55,306 nucleotides of DNA. Source: Scyliorhinus canicula. Lineage: Eukaryota. The notes beneath the pieces were generated by a model. It had not been told where the DNA came from and searched no databases. It saw only the letters and a list, made by a program, of their open reading frames with translations. This document shows, piece after piece, positions 36,458-47,994 of this stretch. A program made the translations under genes and the position numbers. Location of the stretch: contig NW_024056013.1 of the NCBI RefSeq assembly GCF_902713615.1, positions 631,467-686,772 on the forward strand. Direction: 5' to 3'. Numbering within the stretch: the stretch's first letter is position 1; each line of letters opens with the position of its first letter.

Positions 36458-36836
36458 GATCCCACCCAGAGCCGAATTGTTGTTCCACTCCTGGATGATA
36501 TGTTTTTAGGGGCTGTTTAGGACAGGGCTAAATCGCTGGCTTTGAAAGCAGACCAAGCAGGCCAGCAGCACGGTTCGATTCCCGTAACAGCCTCCCCGAA
36601 CAGGTGCCGGAAGGTGACGACTCGGGGATTTTCACAGTAACTTAATTTGAAGCCGACTCGTGACAAGAAGCGATTTTCCTGTTCTGATGACACGTACCGT
36701 GCTCCGGCTGCGGCATGGAATTACCTCTGTCGCTGTAATATCCTTCATAGCGCCGAGCTGGGGAATAGCTCAACGATGCTGTGTCTCCCTCGATAACAAA
36801 CACCAACTCAGGAGATTGTGACACCTCCTCACGGAC
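36296..36836 (-). pseudogene. TRAV: Family-F V pseudogene split by a tRNA-Asn/SINE insert (36398-36677)
   Basis: VSQSPELVFVIEGDTASLS (36836-36684) continues as RITTLCIS (36397-36303), colinear with the other family-F copies. Confidence 0.72.
36401..36474 (+). tRNA. tRNA-Asn-GTT: tRNA-Asn(GTT), two acceptor-stem mismatches (retro-inserted copy)
   Basis: GTCTCCGTGGCGCAATCGGTTAGCGCGTTCGGCTGTTAACCGAAAGGTTGGTGGTTCGATCCCACCCAGAGCCG. Confidence 0.88.
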
Positions 36837-37109
36837 CTGCTAACAGACGAATGTTGAGCAGGAGTTGGTTATTCATCCCCTTGAGCCTTCTCCAACATTC
36901 AATAAGTTCGTGACAGATGCGAACGTGACCTCAGATTCACATTTCACCGACCCCGGATAACCTTTGATTACCTTTTCAGTTGAGAATCCAACCACATCTG
37001 TCTTAAAATCTTCAACGGGCCTATCTCAGCGGTCTCTGGAGAAGAATCCCTCAGAAAAAAAGCCCAAAGATCTACATAACCGGGCCGGGTCGAGCAGTAT
37101 CTCTGGCCA

Positions 37110-37280
37110 TGATGTGGAGATGCCGGCGTTGGAATGGGGTGAGCACAGTAAGAAGTCTTACAACACCAGGTTAAATTATTCTGTTTTGTGATTCACCTGA
37201 GGAAGGAGCTGCGCTCCGAAAGCTCGTGTTTGAAACAAACCTGTTGTACTTTAACCTGATGTTGTAAGACTTCTTACTGT
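37110..37280. mobile_element. Penelope-like inverted remnant: 31-bp inverted repeats (37145-37175 / 37250-37280) around a minimal hammerhead motif
   Basis: ACAGTAAGAAGTCTTACAACACCAGGTTAAA and its reverse complement with 1 mismatch; related fragment at 12070-12125. Confidence 0.62.
37194..37228 (+). ncRNA. Minimal type I hammerhead ribozyme motif
   Basis: CAC-CTGAGGA-A-GGAGC(TGC)GCTCC-GAAA-G-CTC-GTG: intact core, helices I and II, palindromic AGCT helix III. Confidence 0.62.
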
Positions 37281-39007
37281 ATCTCTGGCAGCAGCGCATC
37301 CCTTCCCGATGAACTTAATGCATTCTATGCTCGGTTTGAGCAGGTAACCAACAATCCGCTGTCAAGTGCCCCAGCAGCCCTTAATTCACCCATACCCACC
37401 ATCACAGTTTCCGAAGTCAGATCGGCCTTCCGGAAAGTGAACCCACGGAAGGCGACTGGCCCGGACGGGATCCCTGGTCGTGCACTCAGAGCCTGCGCGG
37501 GCCAGCTGGCAGAGGCATTCACAGACATCTTTAACCTATCCCTACTCCACTCCGAGGTCCCCACCTGCTTCAAGAAGTCCACCATCATACCGGTACCAAA
37601 GAAGAACGAGGCAACATTCCTCAATGACTACCCTCCGGCGGCCCTGACATCAGTTGTAATGAAGTGCTTCGAGAGGCTGATCATGAAGCGCATCACCTCC
37701 ATACTCCCGGAACGCCTTGACCTACTTCAATTCGCATACCGTCGCAACTGGTCCACATCAGACGGCATTTTCCTGGCCCTACACTCATCCCTAGAGCATC
37801 TCGAAAACAAGGACTCCTACATCAGACTCCTATTTATTGACTACAGCTCCGCCTTCAACACCATAATCCCAGCCAAGCTCATATCAAAGCTCCAAGACCT
37901 AGGACTTGGCTCTCCACTCTGCAACTGGATCCTTGACTTTCTGACCAACAGACCACAATCAGTAAGAATGAACACCAAAACCTCCTCCACAATAGTCCTC
38001 AACACCGGTGCCCCGCAAGGCTGCATACTTAGCCCCCTACTCTACTCCCTGTACACACACAACTGCGTGGCAAAACTTGGTTCCAACTCCATCTCCAAGT
38101 TGGCTGACGATACGACCATAGTGGGCCGGATCTCGAATAACTACGAGTCCGAATACAGGAGGGAGATAGAGAACCTAGTGGAGTGGTGTAACGACAACAA
38201 TCTCTCCCTCAATGGCAGCAAAAGTAAAGAGCTGGTCATCGACTTCAGGAAGCAAAGTACTGTACACACCCCTGTCAGCATCAACGTGGACGAGGTGGAG
38301 ATGGTTAGCAGTTTCAAATTCCTAGGGGTGCACATCACCAAAAATCTGTCCTGGTCCACTCACTTCGATGCTATCACCAAGAAAGCACAACAGCGCCTAT
38401 ACTTCCTCAGGAAACTAAGGAAATTCGGCATGTCCACATTAACCCGTACCAACTTTTACAGATGCACTATAGAGAGCATCCTATCAGGCTGCATCACAGC
38501 CTGGTATGGCAACTGCTCGGCCCAGGACCGCAGGGAACTTCAGAGAGTCGTGAATAGTGCCCAGTCCATCACACGAACCTGCCTCCCATCCATGGACTCC
38601 ATCTACACCTCCCGCTGCCGGGGGAAAGCGGGCAGCATAATCAAGGATCCCTCCCACCCGCCTTACTCACTTTTCCAACTTCTTCCATCAGGCAGGAGAT
38701 TCAGAAGTCTGAGAACAAGCACGAACAGACTCAAAAACAGCTTCTTCCCCACTGTCACCAGACTCCGAAATGACTCTCTTATTGACTGACCTCATTAACA
38801 CTACACCCTGTATGCTTCAACCGATGCCAATGCATATGTAGTTACATTGTATATCTTGTGTTGCCCTATTATGTAGTCACATGTATTTTCTTGTATATTC
38901 TTGAAATTTGTTTAATTCCCTTTTCTTCCATGTACTGAGTGATCTGTTGAGCTGCTTGCAGAAAAATACTTTTCACTGTACCTCGGTAATAAACAAATCC
39001 AATCCAA
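37281..39007 (+). mobile_element. 5'-truncated Rex1/Babar-type non-LTR retrotransposon (RT ORF 37437-38789)
   Basis: GPDGIPG, LLFIDYSSAFNTI, GAPQGCILSPLLYSLYT, LADD (catalytic motif altered); 3' UTR ending AATAAACAAATCCAATCC. Confidence 0.85.
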
Positions 39008-39159
39008 CAACCCGTCTTGCTCCATTTTCACATAATAATAAATGGCGATGGTCTTTCTGACCGCCCTCTCGCATCCACCTTGAGAGATGAATATCCCCCC
39101 CCCCCCCCACCACACACACACACACATATACCCCTACACCTCTTGGTGTCGGTTTGTTT

Positions 39160-39665
39160 CTGGGACCCACTGCCTTTCTGCTAGAATGTGTTTGACGGCA
39201 CAGACACATATGGGGATCTCTATATTTGTGTGCTGGTATTTCTCTATATATGTGTCATATTGCGATCACTTCTACATTTGCTGCTACGCAGATTCTCTCC
39301 AATCAGACGGAATATGAACCGTGCAGGCTGTCCGGATGCTGACTGTGTATCAGGATCGTCAGTATCGATTGTACTGCTGTGTGGCGTCAGTATCCTCTTC
39401 AACCCTCATTTCAGCGTCCAGATGTTCCACTGGGTCTTCGTGGCTCCAGTCTGATAGAAACGAACAGAAAACAATAATAATCTCAAAATTCAGAATCAGC
39501 CTCATATTGACCAACGTAACGGTCACCTGCACCATACTCATTATTATTTAATTAACAATAATATCTGGTTACTCAGTCAGGGGAGAATGGGGGTTTTGCA
39601 GTGAAGGAAATACTGAGTAGCGAGATCGTAACGAAGAGGGTGACGAGGCAGTTCCCCGCGATCGT
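39160..39665 (-). pseudogene. TRAV: Family-B V pseudogene
   Basis: Leader without ATG, exon from 39450 DWSHEDPVEH with internal deletions; RSS remnant CACATTC (39190-39184). Confidence 0.75.
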
Positions 39666-40202
39666 TCCTGAATCAATCGCTCTTTAGCGCAGGCAATTAT
39701 CTGTCAGAGCAGCAATCCAGATTCAGGTCCCACTGCATTGCTGATCCAACCAATGACAGGAATCGAGCAGCGGCAGCAATGTCTAGAATATCCCAATGGT
39801 GTTGGAGCGAGGCCATCAAACGGAAACTGTGACCGGGTCACCGCAGACTCAAAGCTGAAAATTGTGGGGCGGTTATCAGCTGCAGTCACAAGTGATGGAG
39901 CGGAAATAGCGACAGTTGAGCATCCAGCAGCCCGTGACCATCCTGCACCTGCTCAACTCACTGAGAACAATATAGTGTCGGAGGGGTGGGGGCAGATTGA
40001 ACTGACGCTACCTGCGCCTATTTGAAATAACTTTTTCTATTGCCCTTTTTACCCTGCATTTAAATCCCGCGGGGTTTTCCGTTCTCAAGTTCTGACAATG
40101 CTTTTTGAAATTTTCTATTGATTCTTCTTCTCTCATCAATTGTTGCGCCAGACTCCAAATGATAACAACTCACAGTGCAATCAACCTCACTTGCTTGCAT
40201 AA

Positions 40203-40274
40203 GGTGCTGTGGCCAAGAGGAAAGGCGTTGGTTTCGTAAACCAAAAATCGCGGGTTCAAATCCCGCCCGTGCCT
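40203..40274 (+). tRNA. tRNA-Thr-CGT: tRNA-Thr(CGT), weakened acceptor stem (possible pseudogene)
   Basis: Anticodon arm TTGGT-TTCGTAA-ACCAA, T arm GCGGG-TTCAAAT-CCCGC. Confidence 0.75.
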
Positions 40275-40878
40275 CGGTGCTGATCCATTCAAAGACGTTT
40301 CATTGTCTCGCAAACGCTTGCAGCATGAAATATCATTCACCTATCTTCTTTATAGGACATTTAACCTAATGAAAGTCAATCTGGTCTCTGAAAAAAGCGA
40401 TATTCAGAGCAGTTCCCCTTTTGTACCTTCTTCGTCAGAACCAAAATAAACTGCTATTATTCTGAGTTCTAACCTCCGCATGTCCACCAAAATCTTGGCA
40501 TTCTTTCGACTTCATCGCATCCATGGTGTGAACCGAGAACTACAGATTAAGCATCATTTTTTGATTAGAAATACCTATAGTGACAAAGATAGTGTATTAA
40601 CAGCTGAAATTTAGATTTCTGTCCAGGTTTCTCGCCCTGATATGCATTGCAGTCAACAATGAATCCACTCAACAGCCGAATTCTAACACGGAGTAAACCG
40701 AATCCGGCAGCAGAGGGCGCCAAATTCAAGCACGGGCGTCAGAAACTCACCTGATGGTGTCGGCCAAACCGATAGGATGGGAGGCGAGTGATGTCACAAT
40801 AGACCCTCTTCCTGCACTGCACTAAGTTCCCTCTCTCCTCCAATCCAGTTCAGTTCACTGGGAGAGATTCAGTCAGAC

Positions 40879-41621
40879 ATGTTAGTGATAATACTGGCGG
40901 CGCTTTGGCACAGTAAGTAGTTACAGTGTTAATTAAACCAGATTAGCACATTAATACACATAGGCTATGTGTAATTAACGATCGGGAATGTCTATGAAGT
41001 GCCTGCATCAGAGGTCCCAAAAAATGCCGCAGATAGAAGTAGATTTATATCAACTCTGTTTAAACTCAGGGCGGCACGGTGGTGCAATGGTTGGCACTGT
41101 GGACACGGGTTCGATCCCGGTCCCAGATCACTGCCCGTGTGGCGTTTGAACATTCTCACTCCCACAACCTAGATGTACAGGCTAAGTGGACTAGCCACGC
41201 TAAAAAGCACCTCTTAATTGAAAACAACTCTAACTTTATAAAGGAACAACAATCTGTTCATTTCATTCCTTCACTTTCGCAGGCCGGCTATATGTAATCC
41301 AGTAGCCCAGTCAGCAGTGACAATAACTGTCCCAGAAGTGGGTTCGGTGAAGTTAAATTGCCAATATAAAGGCCCCAACATGTACAAAATGCAATGATAT
41401 CAGGAGAAACCGGCACAGCCACCGAGATTGATTATCACCAACACCTTAGTAATGAAGAAAGATGTTGGTTCAGGACGATATCTGGCGGTTGCTGACAAAT
41501 CTAAACAGAACAGTTACATCAGTATAAGCGCATTCGATGCGCTTATACTGAGGACGGGGTGGTCTATTACTGCTCACTGAGGAACAGCGTTAGAGAAAAC
41601 CTAAAGCCCCGTACACAACGC
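40879..41621 (+). pseudogene. TRAV: Family-G V pseudogene (leader 40879-40912, V 41283-41582, RSS 41583-41621)
   Basis: MLVIILAALWH|GTAAGT; frameshift at exon start, Trp41 to TGA, FR3 fold-back; AACAGCG-23-ACACAACGC. Confidence 0.87.
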
Positions 41622-42081
41622 TGAGTGAGTGTTTACAGCATCACTGAGGTTCCTTTCCGAGAAGGAATTGATCCCAGGCTCAGGCAAGCAATCATGTCTA
41701 TTTACCGGACATGTCTCTGTCCTTGCGTAGATCGACAGAGGAATAGTTTGGGAAATCCTGAGAGCTTTGGCTGAAAATATCAGCCATGATTGAATGGCGA
41801 AGCACACTCGATGGGCCAAGTGGCCTAATTCTGCTCCTGTGTCTAATGGCCTTATCATCTTATTATTGTCTATTATACTGCACATTTTATTGTAACTTTA
41901 AAACCGGGGGATCTAACTACCAGCAGAGGGAGGCACTCAAATGAGGAGTTGAGATGGACGAAAATCATGGCCTGCTCTCGCAGATGAGTCCAAGGACAAA
42001 GACGCCTCGTTACCCGTTCCTGTAACGAAATGCAGAATGGATCAATATCTGCTGCGGTACTAAATGTACAAGGTACTTAAT

Positions 42082-42975
42082 GGGCGGCACTGTGGCTCAG
42101 TGGTTTGCATTGCTGCCTCACAGCTCCAGGAACCGGGGTTCGATTCCCAGCTTGAGTCACTGTCTGTGTGGAGTCTGCACATTCTCCTAGTGTCTGCATG
42201 GGTTTCCTCAGGGTGTTCCGGTTTCCTCCCACAATTCCCGAAAATACATGCTGTTAGGTAATTTGGACATTCTGAATTCTCCCTCTGTGTACTCGAACAG
42301 GCGTCGGAATGTGGTGACTAGGGGATTTTCAACGTAACTTCATTGCAGTCTTAATGTTAAGCCTAATTGTGACACTAATAAAGATTATTATTATGTACAA
42401 TAACCGCTGAACAACATGAGAATTACTATCAGTCTGGGACATGGGAAGCACATGGTGCCAGGTTTAGACCTTAATAGATATCAAGTTGTCGATCGAAAAT
42501 ACCTGAAGTTTCTGTTGACACGACATGTTTTATGTTGGATTCCCACGCAGATCAGGGACAGACTTCGTCCAATTGAGACGAAGGGGCGCTAAAGGGCAAT
42601 TTAGCAAGGCCAATCCAGATTTCCTCCACATCTTTGAACTGTGGGAGGAAATCGCTTCTCGGACTTTTTGCTAAGATGACCGTGAGGTCAGGTGGAATGC
42701 GTGGATCTGGTATGTCTCTCTTCTGGGGGCCATGAATTGGATTCAATTTGAATTGGTTTTTGGAGCAGGCATGGAGCTGCATTACGGATTTGCCCCTGTC
42801 CACACTCTGAGCTCTAGCTTTGTAACTCTGATAAGGTCTTAAAAAAAACTTGAGCAGCCGGAGGAAACCCTCGCAGACATGGGGAGAAAGTGCAAACTGC
42901 ACACTCACGGCCGGAAGTGAACCCGGGTCCCTGGCGCTGTGAGGCAGCAGTGCCAACCACTGTACCACTCCTGTT
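42082..42975. mobile_element. SINE copies 42082-42392 (+) and 42550-42975 (-); further partial copies 19505-19606, 29760-29915, 41068-41212, 44600-44773
   Basis: HE1-like heads and bodies. Confidence 0.72.
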
Positions 42976-43679
42976 CCACCGCACCATCCCTACTTGCAGG
43001 ACAATAGAGGCATGGATTCTAAAAGCAGGGAGATCATGTTGGAGTTGTACAGAACTGTCGTGAGGCCACAGCTGGAGTACTGTGTGCAATTCTGGGCGCC
43101 ACATTATAAGAGGATGTGATTGCACTGGAGGGGTTGCAGAAGAGATTCACCATTATGTTGCCTGGGATGGAACATTTATGTTATGAAGAGAAGTTGCATA
43201 GTGTTGTGTGTACAAGATTACGAGGGTCATGGCAGGGTGGATAGGGAGGCGCAGTTCCTCTTAGTTGAAGGGTCAGTTGCGAGGGGACACAAGTTCAAGG
43301 TGAGGGGCAGGAGGTTATGGGGATTTGAGGAAAATCTTATTTATTCAGAGGATAAAATCTATAGTAAATCCAGATTTACTATCTGGAGTAAACTACGTGG
43401 GAGGGTGGTAGAGGCTGTGTGCTTCACATCCATTAAATAGTACCTGGATGAGCACATTACACGTCTTCACATTCAAGGCTATGGAACACGTGCTGACAAA
43501 TGAGGTCCTGTAGTTAGTCCTGTATTTTTCACGTGTTGGTGCAGACTCGACTGACCGGAAGGCCTCATCTCAACTGGTGGTTCTATGTATCTGTGATTCT
43601 GAGTGCTATAACATTCCTGGCACTATAATAATTCCGCGAGTGACAAACTTCCAGGATTTCCGCGTACATATTTATGTCC

Positions 43680-43943
43680 AGGTATTGGCTGCCCAATTTT
43701 ATTGGCCTTGTCTTTCACTGGCGTGTCACTGGCAATCAGAGGAATGCATTTCTCTGCTGCAATAAAGCAAGATGTGATAATGTTAGAATAACCAGTACCG
43801 TGAGCCGGCTGCGGCATTGGGATCGCCACACCATTGAAGGATACGGCCTGCTGGTGTGGGGGCTCAGCTCAACGATTCTGTCTCGCTCAGTAACAAACAC
43901 TGACTCGGGAAAATGCAGGGCCTTTTCATTGCCATATGAGCAT
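43680..43943 (-). pseudogene. TRAV: Decayed family-F V pseudogene
   Basis: FPESVFVTERD; nucleotide blocks CAGCAGGCCGTATCCTTCAATGGT and TTTATTGCAGCAGAG..CCAGTGAAAGACAAGGCC align with the 48-kb copy. Confidence 0.62.
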
Positions 43944-45127
43944 CCGACTTGGGAGCAGGGAGTTGGTCAATCGGCCACTCGGGTCTACTCCACAATTCAA
44001 TGAGATCAGGACTAAGGTGACCATGGCCTCAGCTCCACATTCCGTGTAACCCAAGGACGCTGGTAGAGGTATAATCAGTAAGTTCGCAGATTCCGAGAAC
44101 ATTGTTGATGTGGTTACTAATGAAGAGGAAAACCTTAGAATAGTGGCAAATGGCCTCTGAAAATTTGCGAGGTGATGCAATTTGGGAGAACTAGAAAGGC
44201 AAGGGAATATATAATGAACAGTAGGACGCTCGGAATTACAGTAACCAGAAGGACCTGGGATGCGTATCCATAGAGCCCTGAAAGCACCAGGACAGGTAAA
44301 TACGGTGGTTAAGAAAGGCTTATGAAATATTTGCGTTTATTTTCCGTTGAACATAAGAGCAGGGAGGTTATGATGAAGCTGCAGAAACGCTGGTTAGGCA
44401 ACGGCTGGATCCCTGTGTGCAGTTCTGGTCGCCGTAGTACAGGAAGGATTTGATTGCAGTAGAGCGGGTGCAGTGGAGATTCCCCAGGATGTTGCCGGGG
44501 ATGGAGTGTTTCGGCTATGAAGACAGGCTGATTGGCTTAGGATGGTTTTCCTCAGAGCAGAGAACGCTGAAGGGGGGCCTGATTCAGGTTTATTAAATCT
44601 ATCTAATCCACCTATTCTGCATATTTTTGGATTGTGGGAGGAAACCGCTGCACACGGAGGAAACCATCACAGTCCTGGGGACAACGTGCAAAGGCCACGG
44701 GCTCGTCCAAGGCCAGAGTAGAATCCGGGTTCCTGGCGCTGTGAGGCTGCAGTGCTAGCCATTGTATCGCCCCAAATAACCGAACTCTTTGAGCAGGTTT
44801 TTGACCATTTGACCTAAATGCTCCACTGAAACTCCTTTGGACATGTAATGATGTGAAAAGCTCAACATTAATTTAAATTGTTGCATTTGCTATTGTCCAG
44901 TGAGACCTGATAGTTTACTGAATGAGTGAGTCTGTACACCAAGATATGAACAAGAAGCAGGAGTTTTGGAATCACAGATCGATTCGTCAATCTTACATCT
45001 GTTATGAATGCAAGTTGCAATCGTAAACTGGTTTAACTGTGCAGGTGGACTTCACCTCTTGCTATTTTTGAGATGTTTTGTTACAATGTTTGTCACTCAC
45101 TCTGTAAATTGAACTGCCCATGAGGAC

Positions 45128-45141
45128 GCGCCCCCTGCTGA
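45128..45141 (-). promoter_or_regulatory. RSS-proximal CTCF-consensus motif
   Basis: TCAGCAGGGGGCGC, 13/14, 25 nt past the nonamer. Confidence 0.6.
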
Positions 45142-45166
45142 GCAGCAGCTGGAACTGCCAGTCTGG

Positions 45167-45711
45167 GGTTTTTGTACGGGATCCCCCATATCTCTGTAGC
45201 AGTGTGGGCTGCATGGCACAGAAATACACGGCTCTGTCGGAGATCATTGTGTTACTGATCGTTAGCTCGGTAGTCTTGTCTTTTTTATCAAACGTAGAAG
45301 AAAACCGATTATTGAGGTCGGTGTTCCTTTGCACCGTCTGTCCAATAAGAAGAAACATATACTTTGGAGCTTTCCCGGGCTGCTGACTGTACCAGTACAC
45401 ATAAGGGTTAGCAGCACCTGTTTTCAAGGTGCAGGTTAACGTGACTTCACTTTCCTCTGTAACCGTTATTTCAGATTCCTTTTGTTCCACGGTGTCCTGG
45501 TGGCTCCATTCTAACAGAAGTAACAACAATAATGACAATCAGAGTTAGCATCGCATTCAGCAATACGATCATCAGCAAAATAATCTCTGTCATTTTACCA
45601 ACAATAAAATCAGGGTTACTGCATTCAGGAAGAGAATGGAGTGTTACTGGGAAGGAAATACTGACTGAGAAGTGAGATAATGACGAGCAGCGAAGCGAGA
45701 TGGTTCCTCAT
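45167..45711 (-). CDS. TRAV: Functional-looking TCR V, family B (leader 45711-45666, V 45510-45207, RSS 45206-45167)
   Basis: MRNHLASLLVIISLL / WSHQDTVEQ..LTC..YWYSQQPG..AVYFCAMQP; CACACTG-24-ACAAAAACC. Confidence 0.9.
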
Positions 45712-46439
45712 GATCCTTCCTGAGTTTGTGATTCTGCAATGAGAGACATCCTCTGTCAGAGACAGAAATACAGATCCCCGTCACACTGCACTGCTGAACC
45801 GGCCAATGAGAGGAATGAACCAGCAGCAGCAATCTCTCCACAATTGGGTCAGAGTGAGAGCAGCAACCGGAAGCAGTGGGCGGGGGTACCGCAGTCTGAA
45901 TATTGAGTGACGTGTGCGGTGACTCTCAGCTGTACTCGGAACTCATGGAGCGGAAATAGCGACGGTTGAATCTTCACTGCACCGTGACCATCCTGCACCT
46001 GCTCACTGTTCAAGGCACTGAGAAGAAATATATTGGAAAGGACATGACGGACTAGAATCTAGAATCTTCGAGTCAGGGATGAGGCTACACGATCTATATT
46101 GCCCGAGACACGTTGAAATGGTTACCTTATTCTTCTTTCAAAAATAGTCTTTTCTACATAGCCATGTAATTGCCTTTACATTTCCTTCTTAAAGTTATTG
46201 TTGAATTTTCTTCCTTTTTTAGACACCTCTTCTGTAGTTCAGCAAATCGCAGTGTAGATAATGAATGGAACTTTCCTGGGCTCTATTTCTCCCCGATCTT
46301 TGTACTATCCAAGGATCTGCTTGAAACAGCTCCGTTTCATCTTCATTGACAGATCCACTCACATTTCAGCAACTGAGTACAGTCTCTCCTTTACTTTCTT
46401 TGACCTAAGGAGAGGTGGCCTTGTGGCGTCATCGGCAGC

Positions 46440-47280
46440 TTCTGTGCCTCTAGCTCCTTAGTCGTAGAGCTTTACGGCAAAGAAGAGGCCCTTTGACACA
46501 TCATGTTTGCCTTGGCCATTAAGTACCGATCTAGTCTAAACCAATTTCTGACACTTGACCCGGAGCCTTGCATGCAATGGCGTTTCAAATCATCATCTAA
46601 ACGCTTCTTTATTGATGTGAGAGTTTCCGCCTGGACTAGCCTTATGGGCAATGAGTTCCAGGTTCTCACCGCGCTCAAATTCCCTCTAAACCTTCTGCTT
46701 CATACCTTGAATCTATGCCCCTTCATTGTTGACCCTTCTGCTAATGGAAAGGTTTTTTGTAACCCCTCGATTAGGTCCTCCTCAGTATTCTCTGCTTTAA
46801 GGACAATATCCCAGCTATCTAGCCTCTCCTCAGAGCTGAAACATTCCTGCCCAGAAAACCTCCTGATTAATCTCTTCTGCACCCTCTCTGCTATAATCAC
46901 ATCCTTTCCGTAAGGTGGCGAGCAGATGTGCACAAAATACTCCAGCTGAGGACTAACCAGCATTTTATACGGCTCCATAATTACCTCCCTGCTCTTATAT
47001 TCCATGTCTCAGCTAATAAAGGCAAGTATCCTGTATGTCTTCTTCACCACCTTATCTACTTGTCCAGTTGTCTGCGGGGATATGTCGGCATGAACACCAC
47101 GGTCCTGTACTTCTTGGCGTCCTGCCATTCATTGTGTGTTTTCTTGCAAACTTCGTCCTCCCAAAATGCATCAGTGTTAAATTCCGTTTGCCACTGTTCT
47201 GCCCATCTGGCCCTTCCGTCAATATCATCCTGCAATCTATACCATTCCTCCTCGCTATTTAGCACACCGACGATTTTCAT
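46440..47280 (-). mobile_element. CR1/HER1 LINE fragment
   Basis: MLVSPQLEY..SPPYGKDVIIAERVQKR and WNSLP motifs. Confidence 0.78.
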
Positions 47281-47739
47281 GCTATGTGCGAACGACGGTT
47301 GGGTATAGCTCAGGAGATTGGAAAGCCAGAAGGGTCTGGATTCCTGTTCCAGCTCTGGAGTGGTTGCGGCCTGCCTCCCAGTGAAGTTGCAATGGATTGG
47401 ACCTACCTTCCGACAGATAGCGCCAGAGAAAGAAGTAACGAGAAGAATCCAGATTTGGACAGTCAGTTCTCATTCCTGACATCGATGTTTTCCACATACA
47501 AATCAATGACCTTAAATCCATTCAGAAACCCCCATTGTGAACCGGATTGGACAGAATTCTCCAACAGATGGCGCAAAGTCCAGGCATGATAGTTAGAAAG
47601 TCACATGAGACCAAAGCCAGACGTATATTCAGTGATGTCACAGTGGGCCTGGCTACCGTGCTATGTCTGGGTGGGACATTGAGCTGAACAGAGCCCGAGT
47701 TCCTTTGCTTCTCTCAATCACTGAGAGATTCAGTCAGAC

Positions 47740-47773
47740 ATGTTTCTAATAATACTGGCGGGGCTCTTGCATA
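47740..47773 (+). pseudogene. Orphan family-G leader exon (donor mutated, V exon absent)
   Basis: MFLIILAGLLH then TTAAGT; decamer AGTGATGTCA at 47631-47640 and CTCF motif at 47561-47574 upstream. Confidence 0.7.
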
Positions 47774-47994
47774 TTAAGTACTGGATTATGCACTATGGGA
47801 CCCGTGCTCTCTGGTTGTGACTTCTAAAGAAATAAAATGAATTTAAATGGGTTCTGACCCTTCTTTTCTGATATGAAAGAGTAAACGCAAATCACGAACA
47901 GGCCTCACTCATTGCAGCATATCCATGGAAGTGTTACTAAAATGCCTGCTCTCGGATAACTGCACAGGCTACACACTTTCAGAATCACCCGGCA

